Source: Hyalangium minutum (lineage in GTDB: Bacteria; Myxococcota; Myxococcia; Myxococcales; Myxococcaceae). Taken from it: a stretch of 64,000 nt of DNA. The notes below the pieces were generated by a model. It searched no databases, was not told the origin of the DNA, and saw only the letters and a program-made list of their open reading frames with translations. Positions 9,669-17,782 of the stretch are shown here, one piece after another. Both the position numbers and the translations under genes were made by a program. Location: contig NZ_JMCB01000005.1 of NCBI RefSeq assembly GCF_000737315.1, positions 1 through 64,000 of the forward strand, in the 5' to 3' direction. Positions within the stretch are counted from its first letter, which is position 1. Every line of letters begins with the position of its first letter.

Positions 9669-10424
9669 ATGCGTACAATGTTGCTCGCCCTCTTGCTTGC
9701 TGTGGCCCTCCCTGCCCAGGCGGCCGAGAAGGTGCTCGTCTTCGCTGCGGCCAGCACCACCGACGCCGTCCAGGAATTGGGCAAGGCCTTCACGAAGGAG
9801 CAGGGCCACACCGTGGAGTTCGCCTTTGGCGGCTCGAATGATCTGGCGCGGCAGGCGGTGGCGGGCGCTCCGGCGGATGTCTTCCTCTCGGCGGACCTGG
9901 CGAAGATGGACCAGGTGGAGAAGGCGGGGCTCCTCCAGGCGGGCACGCGGGTGGAGCTGCTCTCCAACCGGCTGGTGGTGGTGGTGCCTGTGGGCTCGAA
10001 GCTGAAGGTGGCCTCGGGGGCGGAGCTGAAGGGCGTGAAGCGGCTGGCGCTCGCGGATCCGGCGGCGGTGCCCGCAGGCCTCTATGCGAAGGCCTGGCTG
10101 GAGAAGGCAGGTGTGTGGAAGGAGGTGGAGCCGCGCGTGGTACCCACGTTGGATGTGCGCGCCGCGCTCGCAGCCGTGGAGGCGGGCCGGGTGGACGCGG
10201 CGGTGGTGTACGCCACGGATGCGGCGCTGTCGAAGCGTGTGCGTGTGGCGTTCACCGTTCCGGAGGCGGATGGGCCTCGCGTCGTCTATCCGGTGGCGGC
10301 GCTGTCCAAGGGCAAGGCCTCCGAGGCAGGCCGCGCCTTCGTGCGCTTCCTCCAGGGAGAGGCCGCGCGCAGTGTCTTCGAGCGGTACGGGTTCATCTTC
10401 CTGCCCGGAAAGTCTGCTCCGTGA
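9669..10424 (+). CDS. modA: Molybdate ABC transporter substrate-binding protein
   Basis: VFAAAST, GGSNDLARQ, ADVFLSA, VPAGLYA and VYATDA motifs; signal peptide. Confidence 0.95.
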   Translation: MRTMLLALLLAVALPAQAAEKVLVFAAASTTDAVQELGKAFTKEQGHTVEFAFGGSNDLARQAVAGAPADVFLSADLAKMDQVEKAGLLQAGTRVELLSNRLVVVVPVGSKLKVASGAELKGVKRLALADPAAVPAGLYAKAWLEKAGVWKEVEPRVVPTLDVRAALAAVEAGRVDAAVVYATDAALSKRVRVAFTVPEADGPRVVYPVAALSKGKASEAGRAFVRFLQGEAARSVFERYGFIFLPGKSAP

Positions 10425-11098
10425 CCGAGGGCGAGCTGCCCCTCATTCTCTTCACGCTGGCGGTGGCGGCGCTGGCCACGGTGCTCATCCTGCCAGTGGG
10501 GATCGCCGTGGCTTACGGCCTCGCGCGCTGGGAGGGAGCGGGCAAGGGCCTGATCGAGACGTTGCTCTCGCTTCCGCTGGTGCTGCCGCCCACGGCGGTG
10601 GGGTTGGTGCTGCTGGAGGTGCTCTCGCAGAGCAGTCCGGTAGGGCAGGTGCTGGATTCGATGGGCATCGAGGTGATCTTCACGCCCAAGGCGGTGGTGC
10701 TCGCCAGCGCCATCATGGCCTTCCCGCTGCTGGTGCGCGCGGCGCGCTCGGGCTTCGAGGAGGTGGATCCCCGGCTGGTGGCGGTGGCTCGAACGCTGGG
10801 GGATTCGCGCGCGCGGGCCTTTTTCCGTGTGACGCTGCCGCTGGCCTGGCGCGGCGTGCTCACGGGGGCGCTGCTGGCGTTCTCTCGGGCCCTGGGGGAG
10901 TTCGGCGCCACGGTGTTGGTGGCCGGTAACATTCCAGGGCGGACCCAGACGCTGGCGCTCGCCATCTTCCACCGCACTCAGATTGGGCAGGACGCGGAGG
11001 CGCTCCGGTTGGCGGGGGTGGCGACGTTGATGGCCTTTGCTGCCATCTATGCGACGGAGGTGCTCTCGCGCCGCCGGGGAGCACGGGCGCGCGCATGA
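10421..11098 (+). CDS. modB: Molybdate ABC transporter permease
   Basis: LPLVLPPTAVG, FSRALGEFGAT and IPGRTQT motifs; GTGA overlap with the modA stop. Confidence 0.95.
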   Translation: MTEGELPLILFTLAVAALATVLILPVGIAVAYGLARWEGAGKGLIETLLSLPLVLPPTAVGLVLLEVLSQSSPVGQVLDSMGIEVIFTPKAVVLASAIMAFPLLVRAARSGFEEVDPRLVAVARTLGDSRARAFFRVTLPLAWRGVLTGALLAFSRALGEFGATVLVAGNIPGRTQTLALAIFHRTQIGQDAEALRLAGVATLMAFAAIYATEVLSRRRGARARA

Positions 11099-12156
11099 TC
11101 GAGCTCTCCCTGCAGCTGCCGCTGGCCCGGTTCTCGCTGGAGGTGGAGGCGCGCTTCGCTTCCGCGTCGGTGGCGGTGATGGGGCGCTCGGGCTCGGGGA
11201 AGACCTCGCTGCTGGAGTCGCTGGCGGGGCTGCGCCGCGAGGCCCGAGGGCGGCTGGGGGTGGGCGGGCGCGTGCTGCTGGACTCGGCGGTGGGGGTGGA
11301 GGTTCCTCCCGAGGCGCGGCGCATGGGGTACGTGCCTCAGGACTCGCTGCTGTTCCCGCACCTCACCGCGCGGGAGAATGTCCGCTTCGGCGTGCGCAAG
11401 GGCCGGCCCTCTCGCGTGGACGAGGCGGTGGCCCTGCTGGAGCTGGAGCCTCTGCTGCACCGCTACCCGGCCACGCTCTCCGGAGGCGAGCGTCAGCGTG
11501 TGGCGCTGGCCCGGGCGCTGGCGACGGATCCGGCGCTGCTGCTGCTGGATGAGCCGTTGGCCGCGCTGGATGTGGCGCTCAAGGAGCGCGTGCTGCCGTA
11601 CCTGCTGCGCATCCGGGACGAGGCGCGCGTGCCGATGCTCTACGTCACGCACCAGCTCGGCGAGGCGCGAGTGCTGGCGCAGGAGGCCCTGCTGCTGGAG
11701 CAGGGGCGCGTGAAGGCGGTGGGGCCCGCGGACACGGTGCTCGGCGGGACGACGCGCGGCGCGCTGGGGCTGGAGGGAGAGGAGAACATCCTGGAGGGGG
11801 TGCTGGAGCGGCCGGCGGAGGGCGGGCTGCGGCTGCGGATGGCGCAGGGGCTCTCGCTGTGGGTGCCGGACTCGGTGGAGCTGGCCGTAGGGGGCCGTGC
11901 GGCGTATGCGGTGCTGGCCGAGGACATCCTGCTGTCCATGGGACCGCTCACGGGCGTCTCCGCGCGCAACGTTCTGGAGGGGACGGTGAAGCGCATCGAG
12001 GAGGCGGGCGTTGGAGACCGGATCCTCCTGGTGGAGGTGGCGGGTGTGCCGTTCGCGGTGCGGGTGACGGAGGGAGCGGTGCGGGAGCTGCAGGTGGCGC
12101 AAGGCTCGCGGGTGTTCCTCGCAGTGAAGACGTCCGCGTGCCGTCGGCTGCGGTGA
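11095..12156 (+). CDS. modC: Molybdate ABC transporter ATPase with TOBE domains
   Basis: Walker A GRSGSGKT, signature LSGGERQR, LLLDEP; C-terminal SARNVLEG TOBE region. Confidence 0.95.
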   Translation: MIELSLQLPLARFSLEVEARFASASVAVMGRSGSGKTSLLESLAGLRREARGRLGVGGRVLLDSAVGVEVPPEARRMGYVPQDSLLFPHLTARENVRFGVRKGRPSRVDEAVALLELEPLLHRYPATLSGGERQRVALARALATDPALLLLDEPLAALDVALKERVLPYLLRIRDEARVPMLYVTHQLGEARVLAQEALLLEQGRVKAVGPADTVLGGTTRGALGLEGEENILEGVLERPAEGGLRLRMAQGLSLWVPDSVELAVGGRAAYAVLAEDILLSMGPLTGVSARNVLEGTVKRIEEAGVGDRILLVEVAGVPFAVRVTEGAVRELQVAQGSRVFLAVKTSACRRLR

Positions 12157-12163
12157 GGAGGGC

Positions 12164-13984
12164 CTACGGGGCGTCGTGGATCCACTGGATGGAGGAGCGC
12201 CGGGAGGCCTGCTTCAGGGCCTCAGGGGAGATGGAGGTCTCCCGGAGGTCCACCTGACGCAACCGCTTCCTGAGTTCCAGCGCAGGCAGCGCGGCCTCCG
12301 TGACACGGGTGCGGACCAGCGCGAGCACCGCCACGGTCTCCGGCAGCACCGTGAGCCCTCTATCGCCAATGCGGGTCCCCGCGAGGTTGAGGATGGACAG
12401 CGAGGGCGCGTCCTTCAGCCCAGCGAGGCCCTGATCCGTCACGGAGGTCTGGTGGAGATCCAGCGCCGAGAGCCGAGGGAGCCGCGCGAGCACGGGCAGC
12501 CCGGAGTCGGAGATGAGCGTGGCGCCGATATGCAGCGTCTCGAGGGTGCCGCTGAGTTGCTGGAGTCCGGCGTCGGTCAACACCGTGCGCACCAGCTTGA
12601 GCGAGCGCAGGCGAGGCCAGAAGCGCAGGATCCGCACGCCTTCATCGGTGAAGCCAGTCCTGCTCATGTTCAGCTCTTCCAGCGCGCTCGCGGCCTGAAG
12701 GTTCGCGAGCCCCCCTTCGCTCAACGGGTTGTCGCTGAGGTCCAGGCGGACGAGCTGCGTGAGCCCCGCGAGCGCAGCCAGTGAGCTGTCCGGGAGCGAC
12801 AGGCCGGAGAGGCGCAGGTCCACGAGCGAGGTCAGCACGGCCAGCGAGGGCAGTCCCGCCGCTGTGATCCGCGTGCCTGACAGGTTCAGTTCCTGGAGGC
12901 GCTGGAACCCTGCCAGCAGCGGGAGGCTCTTGTCGCTGACGCGGGTGCGTTCGAGGCTGAGGACCTCGAGCCTCTTCAAGTCCGAGAGCTGCCGCATCCC
13001 CGCATCCCCGACGTCCGTCTCATCCAGCACGAGTCCGCGCAGCGTCTTGAGCCGGGCAAGGCGCGCCAGGCCCGTGTCGGTGATCCGGGCCTTGGCCAGA
13101 TGAAGCGCCTCCAGGGCAGGCAGCGCCTCCAGGTGAGCCAGTCCCGCGTCTGTCACGCCCGTGCGAGCCAGACCCAGTCCTTTAAGGGCGAGCATCTGTC
13201 GCAATGGCTCCAGGCCCGCGCTCGTGACGAGCGTGTCGCTGAGCACCAGCCTCTTCAGCGCCGTACCGGGAAGCAGCGCGAGGAGCCGGTCATCCGCGTC
13301 CGTCTGGGTGGCATCGAGCACCTCCAGCTTGGGACAGTCCTTCAGGAACGAGAGGCCGGTGGTGCTCACATGCGTCTCCGCCACCTCGACTCTCCGCAGG
13401 TTCACGAGCCCCGTGAGCCGCGACAGGCCCGCGTCCGTGATGGCTGTGCTCGAGAGGAGCAGCACCTCCAGCCGGGAGGACTTCTCGAGGTGCGCCAGCC
13501 CTGCATCCGTCACTCGGCTTCCATCCAGGTGCAGCGTGTCGAGCCCGGGCAGGGACGAGAGCACGTTCACGTGTTCATCGGTGGCAGGAGTCCCCGAGAG
13601 GTACACCGCCGTGAGCGCCGTCCCTTCCACCGCGCGCGCCAGCAGCTCGGGGGACGGCAGCTCCACGCCTCTCAGCGAGAGCCGGTGCACCTCATGGGCG
13701 CGCAGCAGGGCCGCGAGCGCCTGAGCGTCTGTCCCCGTGAGCACAGGCTGGGACGGCTCCACGAGCCAGGGCTCCGAGGGCAGCGCGGGCGCTCCGGGTT
13801 TCGGGGGCAGCGTGCCCCACGGCTCCACGGCTCCACTTGGCAGCTCCCGGTACACCCGGACCTCGACAGCCGGGAGCGCCGGAGGAGCGGGAGCCGGGGC
13901 AGGGACGGGCTTGGGCGCGGAGGCGCAGGCCGACAGGAGCAGCGCCGCGAACGCCCCCAGCGTGTACCGAGGGCTCCTGCTCAT
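12164..13984 (-). CDS. Leucine-rich-repeat lipoprotein
   Basis: LSAC lipobox, Pro-rich linker, roughly 20 repeats of about 24 aa (LxxLxLxxTxVTDxGL). Confidence 0.88.
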   Translation of the reverse strand: MSRSPRYTLGAFAALLLSACASAPKPVPAPAPAPPALPAVEVRVYRELPSGAVEPWGTLPPKPGAPALPSEPWLVEPSQPVLTGTDAQALAALLRAHEVHRLSLRGVELPSPELLARAVEGTALTAVYLSGTPATDEHVNVLSSLPGLDTLHLDGSRVTDAGLAHLEKSSRLEVLLLSSTAITDAGLSRLTGLVNLRRVEVAETHVSTTGLSFLKDCPKLEVLDATQTDADDRLLALLPGTALKRLVLSDTLVTSAGLEPLRQMLALKGLGLARTGVTDAGLAHLEALPALEALHLAKARITDTGLARLARLKTLRGLVLDETDVGDAGMRQLSDLKRLEVLSLERTRVSDKSLPLLAGFQRLQELNLSGTRITAAGLPSLAVLTSLVDLRLSGLSLPDSSLAALAGLTQLVRLDLSDNPLSEGGLANLQAASALEELNMSRTGFTDEGVRILRFWPRLRSLKLVRTVLTDAGLQQLSGTLETLHIGATLISDSGLPVLARLPRLSALDLHQTSVTDQGLAGLKDAPSLSILNLAGTRIGDRGLTVLPETVAVLALVRTRVTEAALPALELRKRLRQVDLRETSISPEALKQASRRSSIQWIHDAP

Positions 13985-14223
13985 GGCGTCTGGGAGCAGG
14001 CCGCCATCCACGCGGCGATCAGCATGTGGAAGAGACGCGTCATGGCGGGCTACCCAGGGGACAGGGTTGGGGCCACACTCTATCCGCAGCGGCCTGAGGT
14101 GTCGGGTTCAGGAAAGTCCATCGCCGAGAGTCTTCCGGGTGTCATGCTCAGGACCCGCGCCTGCGGTCTTGGATCGCTTCCGGCACGTTCCTCGGCTATG
14201 GGGCAGTCTTCCGCGGGAGCTTC

Positions 14224-15303
14224 ATGCACAGCGCATCCTCTCTGGACCTTTCGCCTCTCGTCCGCGCGGTCGGGAGGGCTCTGCCTCCTCACTACGCGAG
14301 CCAGGAGCAGCTCATCCGTGCCTTCCGGGAGCTGTGGGCCAAGAAGCACTTCAACCTGGAGCGATTGGAGGAGCTCCATCGCGCGGTGAACGTGTCGGGC
14401 CGCTTCCTGGCGCTGCCCATCGACGAGTACCCACCGCTCGTCTCGTTTCAGCAGCGCAACGACGCGTGGACCCGCTCCGCGGTGGAGCTGGGCGAGCAGG
14501 TGGTGCGCCAGGCGCTGGACAAGGCCGGGCTCACGCCGAAGGACGTGGACCACGTCTTCTTCGTGACAGTGACGGGGCTGGCCGTGCCGAGCATCGAGGC
14601 GCGCCTGGCCAACCGGCTGGGGTTCCGCGAGGACGTGAAGCGCTCGCCGCTGTTCGGCCTGGGGTGCGTGGCCGGGGCGGCGGGGGTGGCGCGCGCGGTG
14701 GACTACCTGCGGGCCTATCCGAAGCACACGGCGCTCGTGCTGTCGGTGGAGCTGTGCTCGCTGACGCTCCAGCGCGAGGACCTGTCCATCCCCAACATCA
14801 TCGCCTCGGGCCTCTTCGGAGATGGCGCCGCGTGCGCGGTGCTGCAGGGCGCCGAGGCGAAGGCGCCGGGCCCCCGCGTGGTGGCCTCGCGGGCCGTGCT
14901 GTACCCGGACACCGAGCGCATCATGGGCTGGGACATCGTGGACACGGGCTTCAAGGTGGTGCTGTCCGCCAAGGTGCCCCAGCTGGTGCGCGAGAACGTC
15001 CGGGCCAACGTGGATGGGTTCCTCGGGGCGCATGGGCTGAAGCGCTCGGACATCCGCCACTGGGTGGCGCACACCGGCGGTCCCAAGGTGCTCGAGGCCT
15101 TCGCGGAGAGCCTGGAGCTGCCGCGGCCGGCGCTGGCGCGCTCGTGGGCCTCGCTGAAGGAAGTGGGCAACCTCTCCTCGGCCTCGGTGCTCTTCGTGCT
15201 CGGGGAGACGATGGAGTCTCAGGAGCCTCAGCCGGGCGACTGGGGTGTCATGATGGCGATGGGCCCCGGCTTCTGCGCGGAGCTGGTGCTGCTGCGCTGG
15301 TGA
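14224..15303 (+). CDS. Type III polyketide synthase (FtpA-like)
   Basis: Cys-His-Asn triad: GLGCVAG, AHTGGP, GNLSSAS; C-terminal MGPGFCAE. Confidence 0.93.
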   Translation: MHSASSLDLSPLVRAVGRALPPHYASQEQLIRAFRELWAKKHFNLERLEELHRAVNVSGRFLALPIDEYPPLVSFQQRNDAWTRSAVELGEQVVRQALDKAGLTPKDVDHVFFVTVTGLAVPSIEARLANRLGFREDVKRSPLFGLGCVAGAAGVARAVDYLRAYPKHTALVLSVELCSLTLQREDLSIPNIIASGLFGDGAACAVLQGAEAKAPGPRVVASRAVLYPDTERIMGWDIVDTGFKVVLSAKVPQLVRENVRANVDGFLGAHGLKRSDIRHWVAHTGGPKVLEAFAESLELPRPALARSWASLKEVGNLSSASVLFVLGETMESQEPQPGDWGVMMAMGPGFCAELVLLRW

Positions 15304-15348
15304 GCGAAGACGGGAGGGGACTCTCCGTTCTGTTCTCCGAGGTGTGTC

Positions 15349-15615
15349 ATGGCTGAGCTGGAAGGCGAGGTGGTGACCGAGGTCCGCCGGATCCTCGGCG
15401 AAGAGCTGGAGTGGAAGGGCTCCGTGGAGCCCTCGCATGATCTGCTCAAGGATCTGCAACTCGACAGCCTGGGGTTGACGGTGCTGGCGGTGGGGCTGGA
15501 GAACCGCTTCCGGGTGAAGCTGTCCGAGGAGGACGCCGCCGGCGTCACCACCGTGTCGGATCTGGCGAAGCTCGTCTCACGGCGCGTGGCGGAGACTCCG
15601 GAGGAGCCGCGATGA
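15349..15615 (+). CDS. Acyl carrier protein
   Basis: LQLDSLGL phosphopantetheine attachment motif; 88 aa. Confidence 0.92.
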   Translation: MAELEGEVVTEVRRILGEELEWKGSVEPSHDLLKDLQLDSLGLTVLAVGLENRFRVKLSEEDAAGVTTVSDLAKLVSRRVAETPEEPR

Positions 15616-17369
15616 AGGGCCCTGCACTGCCACCAGTGAAGTACGCCACCGTGACGGAGATGCTCGCGGCCACCGCGCGCACGGAACTCGGGCTCATCTT
15701 CGTGGACGCCTCCGAGCGCGAGACAGTGCTGCCGTGGGCGGATGTCCATCACCGCGCCCAGCGCACTGCTGCGGGCCTGCGCCGCATCGGTGTGTCCGAG
15801 GGCGACCGGGTGGCCATCTTGCTGCCCACGTCCCCGGGTTTCATGGATGCGTTCTTCGGCACGCTGCTGGCGGGGGCGGTGCCGGTGCCGCTGTACCCGC
15901 CGGTGCGGCTGGGCCGGCTGGAGGAGTACCACCGCTCCACGGCGCGGATGCTGGAGGTGACAGGCGCGGCGGTGGTGCTCACGGACTTGAAGGTGAAGCT
16001 GCTGCTGGGCGCCGCGGTGGAGGCGGCGAGGCCTCGGCTCGGCTGCCGGACGGTGGACGAGGTCTCCCGAGGCGATGAGGCGCTGCACCTGAGCGTCTCG
16101 CCGGAGTCGCTGGGCCTCATCCAGTTCTCCTCGGGCTCGACGGTGGATCCGAAGCCAGTGGCGCTCACCCACGCGGCACTGTTGGCGCAACTGGCGGCGC
16201 TGGAGGCGGCCAGTCCGTTGGAGCCGGGCATGCGGCCGGTGGGGGTGTCGTGGCTGCCGCTGTACCACGACATGGGGCTCATCGGCTGCTTGCTGTCGGC
16301 GCTCTACTACCCGGGTAACATGGTGCTCATTCCGCCCGAGGCGTTCCTCGTGCGGCCGGGGCTGTGGCTACGGGCGCTCTCACGGCATCGAGGCTTCATC
16401 TCTCCCGCGCCGAACTTCGCGTATGGCCTGTGCCTGAAGCGCGTGAAGGACGAGGAGCTGAAGGGCGTGGACCTCTCCGCGTGGAAGCACGCGCTCAATG
16501 GCGCCGAGCCCGTGTCGGTGGAGACGCTGCGCCGCTTCGTCGAGCGCTTCGAGCGGTACGGCTTCTCCCCCAGCGCGCTCCGTCCAGTGTACGGGCTGTC
16601 CGAGGCCTCGCTGGCCGTCACCTTCCCGCCCGCGAGCCGGGGCCCGCGCTCGTTGCAAGTGGATGCAGGCGTGCTGGCGCGGGAGGGGCGGGTGGTGGAG
16701 GGCTCGCGGGCGCTGGTATCCGTGGGAAGCCCGGTGGCAGGCATCGAGGTGGAGATCCGCGATGGGCTGGGGCACGCGCTGCCCGAGCGGCGGGTGGGGC
16801 GGGTCTTCGTGCGTGGGCCCTCGGTGATGAAGGGGTACTACGGCGACGCCGAGGCCACCGCACGGGCGCTGGGTCCGGACGGCTGGCTGGACACGGGAGA
16901 CCTGGGCTTCGAGGACGCGGGTGAGCTGTACCTTACGGGCCGCGCGAAGGACCTGGTGATCATCCGCGGGGCCAACCACGCGCCACAGGCCTTCGAGGAG
17001 TGTCTCCAGGCCGTGGACGGTGTCCGTGTGGGCTGCGCGGTGGCGCTCGGCTTCACGCCCGAGGACAGCGAGGACGAGGCACTGCTCATCCTCGCCGAGC
17101 GCGCGGGCCCAGCCGTGGACGACGCGGCGGTGGAGGAGCGGGTGCGCGCGGCGGTGGTGGCGGGCACGGGCATCCGTCCGCACACGGTGCGGATGCTGGA
17201 TCCCGGCACGTTGCCACGCACCTCCAGCGGCAAGCTGCGGCGGAGCGAGGCGCTGCGCGGCTACCTCGCGGGCGAGTTGCGGGCTCCGAAGAAGGTGGGC
17301 GTGGCGGGGCTCGCGGTGGAGATGGCCAAGAGCGCCTTGGCCTTCGTCCGCTCGGAGCAGGAGGATTGA
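15612..17369 (+). CDS. Fatty acyl-AMP ligase (FAAL, FtpD-like)
   Basis: IQFSSGST, WLPLYHDMGLIG, YGLSEA, TGDLG and PRTSSGK motifs; ATGA coupling to the ACP gene. Confidence 0.92.
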   Translation: MKGPALPPVKYATVTEMLAATARTELGLIFVDASERETVLPWADVHHRAQRTAAGLRRIGVSEGDRVAILLPTSPGFMDAFFGTLLAGAVPVPLYPPVRLGRLEEYHRSTARMLEVTGAAVVLTDLKVKLLLGAAVEAARPRLGCRTVDEVSRGDEALHLSVSPESLGLIQFSSGSTVDPKPVALTHAALLAQLAALEAASPLEPGMRPVGVSWLPLYHDMGLIGCLLSALYYPGNMVLIPPEAFLVRPGLWLRALSRHRGFISPAPNFAYGLCLKRVKDEELKGVDLSAWKHALNGAEPVSVETLRRFVERFERYGFSPSALRPVYGLSEASLAVTFPPASRGPRSLQVDAGVLAREGRVVEGSRALVSVGSPVAGIEVEIRDGLGHALPERRVGRVFVRGPSVMKGYYGDAEATARALGPDGWLDTGDLGFEDAGELYLTGRAKDLVIIRGANHAPQAFEECLQAVDGVRVGCAVALGFTPEDSEDEALLILAERAGPAVDDAAVEERVRAAVVAGTGIRPHTVRMLDPGTLPRTSSGKLRRSEALRGYLAGELRAPKKVGVAGLAVEMAKSALAFVRSEQED

Positions 17370-17470
17370 CGCCCATTTAAGCGGTGGTTGCTTGATTTAC
17401 TTGTTTTGGGCGAGCAGCATAGGAGCGCTCCCGGTGCCCCGAGGAGCCCACCCTTTCGCTGGAGGCGTTC

Positions 17471-17737
17471 ATGCGTCGCTTCGTCGCTCTTGCTGCTCTG
17501 CTGGGCCTGACTGCATGTGGGGGGGAGTTGCTCCCCGAGGAGGGGTCGTCTCCCATGTCCTCCCAGGAGGCCGCGCCTGCGCAGGTGGGCGCTCCCGTTG
17601 AAGAGGCGGTGAGCGCGGAGGCGATCTGCAACAACAGCTGGGAGTGTTACTGCGCCTCGTTCAAGACCCAGGACGCGTGCCGTACGATCTCGCGGTGCAT
17701 CTGGTGGAACAACCGCTGCCAGCCGACCTACGAGTAG
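17471..17737 (+). CDS. Small lipoprotein with a six-cysteine C-terminal domain
   Basis: LTAC lipobox, GGAGG RBS; C-terminal CNNSWECYCASFKTQDACRTISRCIWWNNRC. Confidence 0.8.
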   Translation: MRRFVALAALLGLTACGGELLPEEGSSPMSSQEAAPAQVGAPVEEAVSAEAICNNSWECYCASFKTQDACRTISRCIWWNNRCQPTYE

Positions 17738-17782
17738 TTCAAACCTGGCGCGCCGGAGCCATGCTGGCCCGGCGTGCCGAGG

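Noticed and set aside
17471-17737. Cys-rich peptide as a RiPP (lanthipeptide/ranthipeptide) precursor
   Set aside because: It has a lipoprotein signal and no adjacent modifying enzyme; disulfides are the simpler explanation.
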